A stretch of DNA of 31,195 nt from an uncultured Nitrospinota bacterium (GCA_964452105.1 CAYVLI010000001.1:6423-37617); one strand, 5' to 3'; counted from the first letter of the stretch, positions 1 to 9,775 are shown. A program made the numbers and translations. The notes: generated by a model from the sequence alone, not told the origin.

Positions 1-225
1 CTGGAAGAGACGCAGAGGGGCATACAGCTTAAGGGTTACGCATATTCGAACGTAGATGTGGCGCAGTTCATGAGCAACCTTGAGAAATCGGAATACTTCA
101 GCGATGTTGAGCTGCTCCAATCGGGCCAGGCTAATGTTGCGGATCATAAGGTCATGGTATTCAGCATGAACATGAAATATCATCCGCCCAAAGGATGGCT
201 GGCGGATGGAAGCGGGAAGAAATAA
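1..225 (+). CDS. pilN: Type IV pilus assembly protein PilN, C-terminal part (runs off the 5' edge)
   Basis: Frame +1 is open from base 1 to TAA at 223-225: LEETQRGIQLKGYAYSNVDVAQFMSNLEKSEYFSDVELLQSGQ...VFSMNMKY. This fits the PilN pattern (G.A.S...VA.FM.NLE.S.YF..V.L) and lies directly upstream of pilO. Not in the ORF track. Confidence 0.8.
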   Translation: MEETQRGIQLKGYAYSNVDVAQFMSNLEKSEYFSDVELLQSGQANVADHKVMVFSMNMKYHPPKGWLADGSGKK

Positions 226-276
226 TCGTTTAAGGCATGGAGTCTCAGTAGAGCGCTTAATTGAGGGTAAGAGGAT

Positions 277-891
277 ATGAATCGGTTCATAGAGAGATTG
301 GCTGGGATACAGACCAAGCAGAGATGGGCTCTGGTGCTGGGGGTGGTGGCGGCTGTCTTTCTGATTTTTTTCATGGTCAGCTATAAGAAATCCCAGCAGA
401 AGCTCACTGATATAGTAACCACCATAGAGAGCACCAGGCCCAAAGTGCAACGGCTCCAGGCCATAGAGAGGAAATTGCCCCGGTTTAATGCAGACCTGGC
501 GAAATTGAAAAGCAGACTGGAGATATCCAAAAGACTCCTACCTGAAAAGAAAGAGATTCCGGAATTGCTTACTAAATTATCCATGCTTGGCAGCGAGGCC
601 GGGCTTGAGTTCGTAAGTTTTCAACCCGGCCCCGAGAGGCGGCAGCTTTTTTACGCTGAAGTACCGGTGGCCATTACTGTTCGAGGCGGGTATCACGAAA
701 TGGCCCGTTTCCTGGACGACATACGCACGCTGCGCAGGATAGTACACGTGAGGAACCTGCGGCTGGGCGGTGCGAATGTGGGGGGCGGGCTGGTGACCCT
801 GAATGCCAGGTGTACTCTGGTCACCTACCGGTTTCTTTCCAGGGATGAAGAAGAGGCGACGGCTCGCACCACCAGGGGCAGGCGAAGATAA
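277..891 (+). CDS. pilO: Type IV pilus assembly protein PilO
   Basis: N-terminal TM helix, coiled coil, then LLPEKKEIPELL, GLEFVSFQP, FYAEVPVAITVRGGYHEMARFLDDIRTLRRIV, typical of PilO. GAGG lies upstream of the ATG. Confidence 0.9.
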   Translation: MNRFIERLAGIQTKQRWALVLGVVAAVFLIFFMVSYKKSQQKLTDIVTTIESTRPKVQRLQAIERKLPRFNADLAKLKSRLEISKRLLPEKKEIPELLTKLSMLGSEAGLEFVSFQPGPERRQLFYAEVPVAITVRGGYHEMARFLDDIRTLRRIVHVRNLRLGGANVGGGLVTLNARCTLVTYRFLSRDEEEATARTTRGRRR

Positions 892-939
892 TCATCTTAC
901 ACGCGGCCTTTGCCGGCCGACAGAGCAGCAGGAATCGTC

Positions 940-2016
940 ATGGAGAAACTCTCTGTTCCTCTGGGGGAACGGAGCTACTGCATATACATAGAAGAGGGCA
1001 TTCTGGACCGTATCCCCGAAATGCTGGATGAGATCGAGCACGGGGGTTTGACGGTTCTGGTGACCGACAGCAAGGTCAACGCTGTTTACGGAAATGAGAC
1101 GACCCGGCTGATGGAAGAATCGGGCCGGGCGGTTCACCTGATCGAAGTTCCCGAGGGAGAAAGAACCAAGACCCTCAAATGGGCGGAGATCATTTACGAC
1201 CGGCTCGTTTCGCTGCGAGCCGACCGGTCCACTCTTCTGCTGGCCCTGGGCGGGGGAATGGTGGGTGATTTAACGGGATTCGTGGCGGCCACCTTTATGA
1301 GGGGAGTGCCTTACATCCAGATTCCCACCTCGCTGCTGGCGCAGGTTGACAGCAGCGTGGGGGGCAAGACCGCAGTCAATCACCCCAAAGGCAAAAACAT
1401 CATCGGCGCTTTCTATCAACCTCGTGCTGTATTCATCGATACCGCTGCGCTCGGAACACTTCCGGAAAGGGAGTTTGTGTCCGGGATGGCCGAGGTGGTA
1501 AAATATGGAGCCATCAGAGACAGAGGCTTCTTCTATTATTTAAAGAACAACCTTGAGGCGATAAAAGGCCTGGAGCAAGGTGTTATGACGCATATTATAA
1601 AGACATCTTGCGCCATAAAAGCGGAGGTGGTTTCCAGGGACGAGAGGGAGGCCGGTTTAAGAGCTATTTTGAATTTCGGCCATACGGTGGGCCACGCGGT
1701 GGAGTCGTTGCTCGGATATGGGAAGCTGAAGCACGGGGAGTGCGTCTCCATAGGGATGGCCTGTGCGGGAAGGATTTCCGTAGAGCTGGGTTTGTGTCCC
1801 CAGGAGGAAGCGGCTGAGCTTGTCTCGCTCCTGGAAGCGACGGGTCTCCCGGTGAAGCTGCCCGAGCTCGACCCCCGGGATATACTGGCGGCCATGTCGC
1901 TGGACAAGAAGGTCAGGCAGGGTAAGATGAGGCTGGTATTGATGGAAGGGTTGGGCAAGGTGGTGATCAAGGAAGGGGTGGATAACGAGCTGCTGCTGAG
2001 ATGTCTCTCGGGTTGA
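940..2016 (+). CDS. aroB: 3-dehydroquinate synthase
   Basis: Motifs GGGMVGDLTGF, PTSLLAQVDSSVGGKTAVN, KNIIGAF, LNFGHTVGHAVE, HGECV, DKK. ATG at 940 (after AGGA) is preferred over the track start at 910. Confidence 0.97.
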   Translation: MEKLSVPLGERSYCIYIEEGILDRIPEMLDEIEHGGLTVLVTDSKVNAVYGNETTRLMEESGRAVHLIEVPEGERTKTLKWAEIIYDRLVSLRADRSTLLLALGGGMVGDLTGFVAATFMRGVPYIQIPTSLLAQVDSSVGGKTAVNHPKGKNIIGAFYQPRAVFIDTAALGTLPEREFVSGMAEVVKYGAIRDRGFFYYLKNNLEAIKGLEQGVMTHIIKTSCAIKAEVVSRDEREAGLRAILNFGHTVGHAVESLLGYGKLKHGECVSIGMACAGRISVELGLCPQEEAAELVSLLEATGLPVKLPELDPRDILAAMSLDKKVRQGKMRLVLMEGLGKVVIKEGVDNELLLRCLSG

Positions 2017-2060
2017 AATCAGGCTTTGAATGAACGGGAAAAAGATCGGTATGTGAGGAA

Positions 2061-2867
2061 ATGGCTGCCCAGGAGTTTAACGACAGGATAGAGTACCTCG
2101 AAGGGGAATTTGCGAAAGCCCCTGATTCTTATCTCTTTCTTCCCCTGGCCCGAGCTTACCTGGAGGATGGGAGGTTGGAAGAGGCGGAAGAAATTTGCAT
2201 GGAAGGGGTGGAGAGGCATCCCGGGTACACGAGCGCCAGGGCGCTCCAGGGACTTATCCATTATCACCTCAATGATTTTCAGAAGTCGCAGGAGGATTTC
2301 CGCAGGGTGATAGAAGAGGATACCGGAAACCTGCTGGCTCGCCGCATGCTCGGAAGGATATACTCAGAGGCGGGGGAAATTGAAAGAAGCGCCGAGGAAT
2401 ATCGAAAGGCGCTGGCTATCCGCCCGGGGGATGCAGAGTCCGCCCGAGCTTTGGCGGACCTGGGGGTTCCCCGGGAAGGCTCTTCCGCAGTGCAGGTTGA
2501 GGAGGAGCGCCAGGACGAGCGAATTTACACGCGGGCGCTCGCCGAGATATACATGCAGCAGGGAGCGCTCGAGGAAGCTTTGGATTTGTTCTCCTGGCTC
2601 ATGAAAAATGAGCCGTGGGACGAGCAGTTGCGGGAGAAGGTGGAGGAGCTGAACTCGCTGCTCCGGTTGGAGCCGTCATCTGAACTTGAAGGCGAGCCGC
2701 CGGGTGCGTCCGATGGGATTAACAAGCCGATTGCTTTCCAGGAGCACATGAGTCATCTGGAGACTGAACTGGAGCGGATGCAGCGACACAACCAGGGACT
2801 CACCGATGATGAGGTTCGTAAAACCATAGAAAATCTGGAGGAATGGCTGCGGGTGATGGCTGAATAG
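2061..2867 (+). CDS. Tetratricopeptide-repeat protein
   Basis: [39 protein letters not shown] and further TPR-like helices, an acidic linker, and [19 protein letters not shown]. Lies between aroB and aroQ. Confidence 0.8.
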   Translation: MAAQEFNDRIEYLEGEFAKAPDSYLFLPLARAYLEDGRLEEAEEICMEGVERHPGYTSARALQGLIHYHLNDFQKSQEDFRRVIEEDTGNLLARRMLGRIYSEAGEIERSAEEYRKALAIRPGDAESARALADLGVPREGSSAVQVEEERQDERIYTRALAEIYMQQGALEEALDLFSWLMKNEPWDEQLREKVEELNSLLRLEPSSELEGEPPGASDGINKPIAFQEHMSHLETELERMQRHNQGLTDDEVRKTIENLEEWLRVMAE

Positions 2868-2895
2868 TCGGCCCCGGGAGATAGAGAGGAACAGC

Positions 2896-3348
2896 ATGCC
2901 CAGGATACTTGTTCTCAACGGACCCAACATGAATCTTCTTGGTATCAGGGAGCCGGACATTTACGGTTCCCAGACCCTGGAGGAGGTAAATGAGACGGTG
3001 CGGCGGTCGGCCGAGGGGCTGGGAGCGAAGGTAGAGTTTTTCCAGTCAAACCACGAAGGAGCTCTGATAGACCGCATTCATGAGGCAAAGGATAAATTCG
3101 ACGCTCTGGTGATAAATCCTGCGGGGCTGACTACCACCAGCGTCTCCCTCAGGGATGCCATATCATCGGTCATGCTGCCCACGGTTGAGGTTCATCTTTC
3201 GAATATTCACGCCAGGGAGGGGTTCAGGAGGGAATCGGTCATCGCGCCGGTGGCGCTGGGGCAGATATGCGGATTCGGCTCAGAGAGCTATCTTTTGGCT
3301 ATAAGAGCGGCCCTCTCTTACCTTAAGGGGAGGGGCGCAGATGAATAG
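2896..3348 (+). CDS. aroQ: Type II 3-dehydroquinate dehydratase
   Basis: [49 protein letters not shown] signature. Confidence 0.97.
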   Translation: MPRILVLNGPNMNLLGIREPDIYGSQTLEEVNETVRRSAEGLGAKVEFFQSNHEGALIDRIHEAKDKFDALVINPAGLTTTSVSLRDAISSVMLPTVEVHLSNIHAREGFRRESVIAPVALGQICGFGSESYLLAIRAALSYLKGRGADE

Positions 3349-4450
3349 GAAGGGCAGGGGGAAGAAGGGGAACGACGGCCCGATCGAGCAGAGGCTTACC
3401 GGCCTGCGCGGCCTAATGGAGAAGAAGAAACTGGACTGCTTCCTGACCTTCAGTATGGAGAACGTACGCTACCTGACCGGTTTTACCGGTTCCGCCGGTA
3501 TGGTTGTGGTGACGCCGCGGAAGGCCTATTTCATGACGGACGGACGTTATACCACCCAGGCCCGGCAGGAGATAAAGGGATACGTCATCAAGCAGTATAA
3601 GGTGCCTTTCAAGGAAGCGGGCCGGCTGATAAACTCGCTGTCGGTGACCAGGCTGGGCATCGAGTCTGAACATATCACCCACGCCTCTTACAGGGCGTTG
3701 AGGCCTCAGCTTAATGTTTCGATTGTTCGCTCCACCGGGGGTATGGTGGAGGAACTGCGCATGGTGAAAGATGCGGATGAAATACGTTTGCTAAAAGGGG
3801 CTGCGGATATTGTGGGGAAGGCGCTGGAGGACGTAATGTCCGCCATCAGGCCCGGGATGAGCGAATGGGATATAGCCGTGGAGCTTGAGCATCGGTTTAA
3901 GCTCCTGGGCTCTGAAAGGAATTCCTTCGATTTCATAGTTGCCAGCGGAAAGAGGGGGGCGCTTCCTCACGGCATAGCCACTGATAAGAAGGTCAGGAAG
4001 GGTGAGATGGTAACGATCGACTGCGGAGCGTGCTGGAAAGGGTATTACAGCGACTGCACCCGTACGTGCGTGGTCGGGAGGTCGAGCCTGCGGCAGCGTG
4101 AGATTTATCAGATAGTCCATGATGCCCAGCGCAAAGCCATAGAGGCGATACGGCCTGGAGTCAAATCCGGTGCGGTTGATGCCGCAGCGAGGAAGCATAT
4201 AGCGGGGAAAGGGTTTGGAAAGCACTTTACCCACAGCACGGGACACGGCGTAGGGCTGGCCGTCCACGAGGAACCCCGGATTTCCCAGGCCTGCCCTGTG
4301 AGCCTGGAGCCTGGCATGGTGGTGACGGCAGAGCCAGGCGTTTACATACCGGAGTGGGGCGGCGTGCGGATCGAAGACATGGTCCTGGTCACTGAGGACG
4401 GAGCAGAGGTGATAACGAGCGGTATAACCAGTGAACTCATTGCCGTTTAG
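3341..4450 (+). CDS. Xaa-Pro aminopeptidase/dipeptidase (M24B family)
   Basis: Creatinase-like N-domain ([16 protein letters not shown]). Metal ligands in [39 protein letters not shown]. Overlaps the aroQ stop by 8 nt. Confidence 0.93.
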   Translation: MNRKGRGKKGNDGPIEQRLTGLRGLMEKKKLDCFLTFSMENVRYLTGFTGSAGMVVVTPRKAYFMTDGRYTTQARQEIKGYVIKQYKVPFKEAGRLINSLSVTRLGIESEHITHASYRALRPQLNVSIVRSTGGMVEELRMVKDADEIRLLKGAADIVGKALEDVMSAIRPGMSEWDIAVELEHRFKLLGSERNSFDFIVASGKRGALPHGIATDKKVRKGEMVTIDCGACWKGYYSDCTRTCVVGRSSLRQREIYQIVHDAQRKAIEAIRPGVKSGAVDAAARKHIAGKGFGKHFTHSTGHGVGLAVHEEPRISQACPVSLEPGMVVTAEPGVYIPEWGGVRIEDMVLVTEDGAEVITSGITSELIAV

Positions 4451-4496
4451 CGGTGAATTGAATCTATACCTGCAGGAAAAATGGAAGAATGAAATT

Positions 4497-5057
4497 ATGA
4501 TTTCTACAAGTGAATTCAGAAACGGTCTCAAGTTAGAGTTGGACGGCGAGCCTTTCATAATAGTGGAATTCTTGCACGTCAAGCCGGGTAAGGGTGGCGC
4601 TTTCGTGAGGACAAAGCTCAAGAACCTCAAGACGGGCCGCGTGCTGGAGCGCACTTTCCGTTCCGGCGAAAAGGTGGAGCAGCCGGACCTGGAAGAGAAG
4701 CACATGCAGTACCTTTACGGTAGTGAAAATCAGTACTGTTTCATGGACAACGAGACGTTCGAGCAGGTCTTCATTACCGAGGACCAGTTAGGAGAGAGCA
4801 GACTGTACCTTCAGGAGAACATAGACGTATCGGTGCTATATCATAACGGCGAGCCCATCGGTGTGTCTCTGCCAATCTTCGTTGAGCTCAAGGTAGCCGA
4901 GACTGAGCCTGGCTTTCGGGGGGATACCGCCTCCGGCGGCTCGAAACCCGCCACCATGGAGACGGGGGCGGCAATAAACGTACCCCTGTTCGTTAACCCT
5001 GGAGATATCATCAAGGTGGATACGCGGGTTGGGGAATACGTGGAGAGGGTAAAATAG
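4497..5057 (+). CDS. efp: Translation elongation factor P
   Basis: HVKPGKGGAFVRTKLKN loop and PGFRGDTASGGSKPA.METG motif. The ATG at 4497 gives the canonical N-terminus. Confidence 0.98.
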   Translation: MISTSEFRNGLKLELDGEPFIIVEFLHVKPGKGGAFVRTKLKNLKTGRVLERTFRSGEKVEQPDLEEKHMQYLYGSENQYCFMDNETFEQVFITEDQLGESRLYLQENIDVSVLYHNGEPIGVSLPIFVELKVAETEPGFRGDTASGGSKPATMETGAAINVPLFVNPGDIIKVDTRVGEYVERVK

Positions 5058-5216
5058 AGGGGTTCTCGGTTTTAGTGTTGTGATGAGGGAATTTTTGAGG
5101 CAGAATATGAAGAGCTTATTTATTATTGCTCCCGAAAGCGAATACTCGATATCCTGTTAAGAGGCGGAAGAAACGGCAGCCGGCTCTATGTTCAACAAAT
5201 CGGTCCGAAGGATATT

Positions 5217-5678
5217 ATGGATATAAACGAGATTAAAAACCTCATAGAATTTTTCGAGAAGAAAGATTTCGTCGAAGTCGAGTACGAGAATCAGGGCGTG
5301 CGTTTGAGGCTTCGCAGGGCGGAACCTGAAACCAATGTGATTCGTACGGTTACAGGCCCCGCCCCGCAGCAGGAGTCTTATGCTTCTCGCCCGCCTCAGG
5401 CTTCGATGGGCCCTGGAGAAATAATCGAGGAAGAAGGAGTTATTAAGATAGAATCGCCCATGGTGGGTACGTTTTATCGAGCGCCCAGTCCGGGCGCGGA
5501 CCCCTTTGTGGAGGAGGGCAAGATCATAGAGAAGGGACAGGTGCTGTGTATAATCGAGGCCATGAAGGTCATGAACGAAATAGAATCGGAAGTGCGAGGA
5601 AGGATTAAATCCGTACTGATTGAGAACGGTCAACCGGTCGGTTATGCTGAGCCTCTTTTCATAATTGAACCCCTCTGA
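5217..5678 (+). CDS. accB: Acetyl-CoA carboxylase biotin carboxyl carrier protein
   Basis: SPMVGTFYRAPSP, IIEAMKVMNEIE biotinylation motif, Pro/Ala-rich linker. Confidence 0.97.
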   Translation: MDINEIKNLIEFFEKKDFVEVEYENQGVRLRLRRAEPETNVIRTVTGPAPQQESYASRPPQASMGPGEIIEEEGVIKIESPMVGTFYRAPSPGADPFVEEGKIIEKGQVLCIIEAMKVMNEIESEVRGRIKSVLIENGQPVGYAEPLFIIEPL

Positions 5679-5681
5679 GCG

Positions 5682-7031
5682 ATGACCGCTTCAGAAACCC
5701 ACCGAATATTCAACAAGATTCTTATAGCCAACCGCGGCGAAATTGCCCTGCGTATCTTACGCGCCTGCAAGGAGATGGGCATCAAGACGGTTGCTATATA
5801 TTCCCTGCCTGATAAGGATGAACTGCACGTGCGTTTTGCGGATGAGGCCGTGTGTGTGGGCCCGGCGGAAAGCAGTTTGAGCTACCTTAATACCACCAAC
5901 ATAATCAGTGCGGCAGAGATAACCGATTGCGAAGCGGTGCATCCGGGCTACGGGTTCATGGCGGAGAATGCGGATTTCGCCGAAATCTGCGAATCTTGCA
6001 AGATAACTTTCATAGGCCCGCCGCCCGCCGTCATAAGGTCCATGGGTGACAAGACCAATGCAAGGCGGCTCATGGCGGGCGCCGGCGTGAGGGTATTGCC
6101 GGGGAGCCAGAGTTGCGTTGAGGATATGGACGGAGCGCTCAAAACGGCTGCGGAGATAGGGTTCCCCGTCATAATCAAAGCGGCTGGAGGCGGCGGAGGG
6201 AGGGGCATGAGGGTCTGCTATAATGAGCTGAGCCTTAAGAATAACCTGGCCACTGCGCAGTCGGAGGCTCAGGCCGCATTCGGCGACTCCAGGCTTTATG
6301 TGGAAAAGTACCTGTCCCGGGCCAAGCACGTGGAGTTTCAGATATTCGGGGACAGGTATGGCAATGTCATACATCTGGGTGAAAGGGACTGCACGGTTCA
6401 GCGGCGCCATCAGAAGCTCATCGAGGAGTCTCCCTCCCCGGCCCTGGATGACAAGCTGAGGGCGGAAATGGGGCGTGCGGCGGTCAAGGCGGCAAAGGCT
6501 ATCGGATATGTCAGCGCCGGGACCGTGGAGTTCTTATTGGATGAGAACAGAGATTTCTACTTTCTGGAGATGAACACACGAATACAGGTGGAGCATCCTG
6601 TCACGGAGATGGCGCTGGACCTGGATATGATAAGGGAACAGATACTGGTTACCTGCGGTGAAGAACTCTCCTTGACTCAGAGAGGGGTTAAGCCCCGGGG
6701 CCACAGCATGGAATGCCGCATATGCGCTGAAGACCCTGTGGACTTCACCCCTCAGCCTGGAAAGATAACGGCCCTTCATCTCCCTGGAGGGAACGGAGTG
6801 CGCGTGGACACAGCCTTGCATAATGGATGTTATGTACAGCCGTACTATGATTCGCTGATTGCCAAGATAATAGTCAAAGGACTCGACAGGCAGACCGCCA
6901 TACAGAAAATGGTCCGGGCTCTGGAGGAAACTTATATCGAGGGCATCAAGACTAACATACCCTATCTCATGGATACGCTTACGTATGGGGAGTTCATGAA
7001 AGGGAGCCATACCATCGAGGGGCCAGGTTGA
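5682..7031 (+). CDS. accC: Biotin carboxylase
   Basis: KILIANRGEIALR, HPGYGFMAEN, KAAGGGGGRGM, ERDCTVQRRHQKLIEE, EMNTRIQVEHPVTE, YYDSLIAK. Confidence 0.97.
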   Translation: MTASETHRIFNKILIANRGEIALRILRACKEMGIKTVAIYSLPDKDELHVRFADEAVCVGPAESSLSYLNTTNIISAAEITDCEAVHPGYGFMAENADFAEICESCKITFIGPPPAVIRSMGDKTNARRLMAGAGVRVLPGSQSCVEDMDGALKTAAEIGFPVIIKAAGGGGGRGMRVCYNELSLKNNLATAQSEAQAAFGDSRLYVEKYLSRAKHVEFQIFGDRYGNVIHLGERDCTVQRRHQKLIEESPSPALDDKLRAEMGRAAVKAAKAIGYVSAGTVEFLLDENRDFYFLEMNTRIQVEHPVTEMALDLDMIREQILVTCGEELSLTQRGVKPRGHSMECRICAEDPVDFTPQPGKITALHLPGGNGVRVDTALHNGCYVQPYYDSLIAKIIVKGLDRQTAIQKMVRALEETYIEGIKTNIPYLMDTLTYGEFMKGSHTIEGPG

Positions 7032-7106
7032 ATGTGTGTCAGGGGTTAACTCTTTTATGAGGTCTGGTTCCCGACATTCAGAGATGGCAGGGGTGTAGAT
7101 TCAGAT

Positions 7107-7262
7107 ATGGCAAGACGAAGAAAAGGCAGGTATGTTGTACTGGTGGCGGTGTTTGCGGCGGTGGTCTGTGCGGTGGTGTTGCTGTGGTTTGTGCGTATAG
7201 GTTTTAACGATAAGACGGCCATACAGGAGCGAGCAGCGGATCAGTCGCAGGGCCGCGACTGA
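7107..7262 (+). CDS. Small single-pass membrane protein (51 aa, hypothetical)
   Basis: MARRRKGRYVVLVAVFAAVVCAVVLLWFVRIGFNDKTAIQERAADQSQGRD*: basic N-terminus, about 21 hydrophobic residues, polar tail. SD is weak. Below the ORF-track length cutoff. Confidence 0.5.
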   Translation: MARRRKGRYVVLVAVFAAVVCAVVLLWFVRIGFNDKTAIQERAADQSQGRD

Positions 7263-7365
7263 TTTCATCGCGCCGCTGATTTCCCTGGATGCTGTGGGGT
7301 GCGGATGCCTCCGGCCCTGAAAACACGAATGTCCGGGCTCAGGCCATTAGTTGATGAAATAGAAC

Positions 7366-7394
7366 GGCTCTTCTGAAAGAGCCATTTTGTTTTT
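7366..7394 (+). terminator. Intrinsic terminator-like hairpin
   Basis: GGCTCTT-CTGA-AAGAGCC (7-bp stem, 7366-7383) followed by ATTTTGTTTTT. Confidence 0.6.
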
Positions 7395-7421
7395 CCCCCT
7401 CATGTTGTAGGATGATTGGCT

Positions 7422-9098
7422 ATGGATGAAGTTCGTGGATACAATCTGGCGGCCGAAGCCGTGAAGAGGGAGGGCGTGGATACCGTTTTCTTTCTCATGG
7501 GCGGACCGATTACTCCTATCATAAGGGCCTGCATGGAGATGGGCATAAAGGCCGTGGATGTGCGTCATGAACAGGCTGCTGCCATGATGGCTCACGGCTG
7601 GAGCCGGGTCACGGGCAGGCCTGGTGTCTGCTTTACCTGTTCGGGGCCTGGCGCCACCAATGCCGTCACCGGGGCCGCAAACGCTTTCGTGGACGGGGCG
7701 CCGGTGGTCTTCATTGGTGGTTCGAGCCCGCTGGTGCGTTCCGGCAGCTATGCTTTTCAGGATATCGACCAGGTGGCAGTAATGCGACCGATTACAAAGT
7801 GGGCGGCGCAGGTTCAGGATACGGTCAGGATACCCTATTTCGTACGCGCCGCTTTCCGTAAGGCCATGAGCGGGAAGCCCGGGCCGGTTTACCTGGACCT
7901 GCCCTGGGACATAATATATGGCAAGGCGGTCAGGGAAGGGGTAGAGTTTCCGGTCGTGCCTGAGAGCTATTTCAGGCCGCAGGCGGATGGGGAATCGGTG
8001 AAATCGGCGGTTGAAGCGCTCAGGCAGGCTGAAAGACCTATCATAGTGGCTGGCAGCGGTGTGCTCTGGTCGGGGGCGGAGAAGGAGCTCGCCCGCCTGG
8101 TGGATGAAACGGGCTTACCTCTGTTTACGACTCCTCTGGCCAGAGGAATCATCCCTGAAGACCACGGCCGGTCTTTCATAGCTGCTCGTTCCATGGCTTT
8201 CAGTGAGGCTGACGCCGTTCTGGTAGTGGGAACCCGGTTCAATTACATTTTGGCTTTCGGGAGCCCGCCCAGGTTTAATCCCCGGGCCAGGATGATTCGC
8301 CTGGACATAGATGCTGAGGAGATGGGCCACAACCGAGCCGTGGATGTCCCTCTGGTGGGGGATGCCAAACAGGTTCTGAGCCAGCTTATAGAGGAGTCCA
8401 ACGGAGCCGTCCATCTCGACGATGATTCTCCCTGGATAACTGCGCTGCGCGAAAAGGATGCTACCGGGAGAGAGGAGCTGACGCCTCTTCTCAATTCCGA
8501 AAGTGTCCCCATACATCCTCTCAGGCTGTGTAAGGAGGTCAGGGATTTCATGGACCGGGACGCCACGCTTGTGGTTGACGGGCACGAGATACTCAACTAC
8601 GCTCGGCAGTCCATCCCGTCCTATCATCCGAGGCATCGGCTGAATACCGGGCCTTTCGGCTGCATAGGGGTGGGTCTGCCATTCGGGGTTGCCGCCAAGC
8701 TGGTTCGGCGGGACAAACAGGTGATAGTTCTAACCGGGGACGGCTCCTTCGGGTTGAACGGCTTCGAGCTGGATACGGCCATCCGCCATGGCCTTTCGAT
8801 TATGGTGGTCATCAGCAATAACGGGGGATGGACTGCGGGCGGTGAGGGGAGATGGGACATACCGGGCAGGGAACTCGGTTTCAGCAGATATGAAAAGATG
8901 GTGGAGGCCTTCGGGGGGCATGCGGAGCATGTTACCCATCCTGATGAAATCCGGCCTGCACTTGAGAGGGCGGCGTCTTCCGGGAAATTCGCCTGCGTAA
9001 ACGTTATCACCGACCAGGAGGCCAGGTCGGTAACGCAGCCGTTCTCCTCCTTTAAGGTAGTGGCGGGCAAAACAACAGACAGCAGCCAGACGGGTTGA
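7422..9098 (+). CDS. ThDP-dependent enzyme, acetolactate synthase-like superfamily, closest in motifs to 2-hydroxyacyl-CoA lyase/oxalyl-CoA decarboxylase
   Basis: Catalytic Glu in VRHEQAAA, GPGATN, ThDP motif GDGSFG...NN. GTRFNYILAFG, DGHEILNYAR and HRLNTGPFGCIGVG resemble HACL/OXC rather than AHAS. ATG 7422 follows AGGA; the track start at 7416 is TTG. Confidence 0.8.
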   Translation: MDEVRGYNLAAEAVKREGVDTVFFLMGGPITPIIRACMEMGIKAVDVRHEQAAAMMAHGWSRVTGRPGVCFTCSGPGATNAVTGAANAFVDGAPVVFIGGSSPLVRSGSYAFQDIDQVAVMRPITKWAAQVQDTVRIPYFVRAAFRKAMSGKPGPVYLDLPWDIIYGKAVREGVEFPVVPESYFRPQADGESVKSAVEALRQAERPIIVAGSGVLWSGAEKELARLVDETGLPLFTTPLARGIIPEDHGRSFIAARSMAFSEADAVLVVGTRFNYILAFGSPPRFNPRARMIRLDIDAEEMGHNRAVDVPLVGDAKQVLSQLIEESNGAVHLDDDSPWITALREKDATGREELTPLLNSESVPIHPLRLCKEVRDFMDRDATLVVDGHEILNYARQSIPSYHPRHRLNTGPFGCIGVGLPFGVAAKLVRRDKQVIVLTGDGSFGLNGFELDTAIRHGLSIMVVISNNGGWTAGGEGRWDIPGRELGFSRYEKMVEAFGGHAEHVTHPDEIRPALERAASSGKFACVNVITDQEARSVTQPFSSFKVVAGKTTDSSQTG

Positions 9099-9775
9099 TG
9101 TTAACATCTGTAATCATACCTGCTCTTAATGAAAAGAGTACGATCAATTCAACGATTGTAAACCTGATTGAATCGGCGTCGCTTAAGAACCTGGAGATAA
9201 TTGTCGTCGATGCAAGCCCGGACGATAATAAGATTGAGACGATCGACTCTGCCTGTGACGTAAAAGTAATAAAGTCCCGCAGAGGCCGGGCCAGGCAGAT
9301 GAACCTCGGCGCCGGAATCGCAAAGGGTGAGGCGCTTATATTTATTCATGCGGATACCATATTGCCTCATGGCTGGGATAAACTTGTAACCGGTGCGATA
9401 GAAAAGGGTTACGATGGAGGGGGTTTCCTGAAGCGTTATGATTCACCTTCTGCGCTGCGGCGTGTGAATGCATTCTACTCCAACATCAGGACCAGGGTTT
9501 TTGGTGATCTGCTGGGCGATAACTGTATTTTCGTTAAGAAGTTTGTTTTCCATGGTATAGGCGGATTCAAGGAAATAGAGATAATGGAGGACGTGGAGTT
9601 CAGCGGGGAGTTGAAGCGCTACAGGCGCAAGATATTTAGAGATAAAGTTATCACTTCTTCGAGGAGATTCGAAAGGATTGGAGACCTCAAGACTCTATGC
9701 ATATTTTTGCAGGTCAGGATGCTGCGCCTCTTCAAGGTGGACCCTCGAGTGATCGAAGCTCTCTATGATTGTTGA
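9098..9775 (+). CDS. Glycosyltransferase family 2, rSAM/selenodomain-associated transferase 2 (TIGR04283-like)
   Basis: SVIIPALNE, GRARQMNLGA, FIHADT, GDNCIFV, IMEDVEF, TSSRRF. The start ATG overlaps the upstream TGA (TGATG). Confidence 0.88.
   Translation: MLTSVIIPALNEKSTINSTIVNLIESASLKNLEIIVVDASPDDNKIETIDSACDVKVIKSRRGRARQMNLGAGIAKGEALIFIHADTILPHGWDKLVTGAIEKGYDGGGFLKRYDSPSALRRVNAFYSNIRTRVFGDLLGDNCIFVKKFVFHGIGGFKEIEIMEDVEFSGELKRYRRKIFRDKVITSSRRFERIGDLKTLCIFLQVRMLRLFKVDPRVIEALYDC

Noticed and set aside
5107-5160. 17-codon ORF between efp and accB
   Set aside because: Very short, with no distinctive composition or motif.
7290-7335. GGGGTGC...CCTGAAAACAC resembling the 5' half of a TPP riboswitch, upstream of a ThDP enzyme
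   Set aside because: The conserved CUGAGA and ACCUGAUC...UAAUGC...GUAGG elements are absent. Kept only as an unassigned structured-RNA candidate.
7262-7360. UUCAUC...GAUGAA closing stem resembling SAM-I P1
   Set aside because: No AGAG/GAGGGA, GCAACC or GGUGC.AA.UCC core on either strand.
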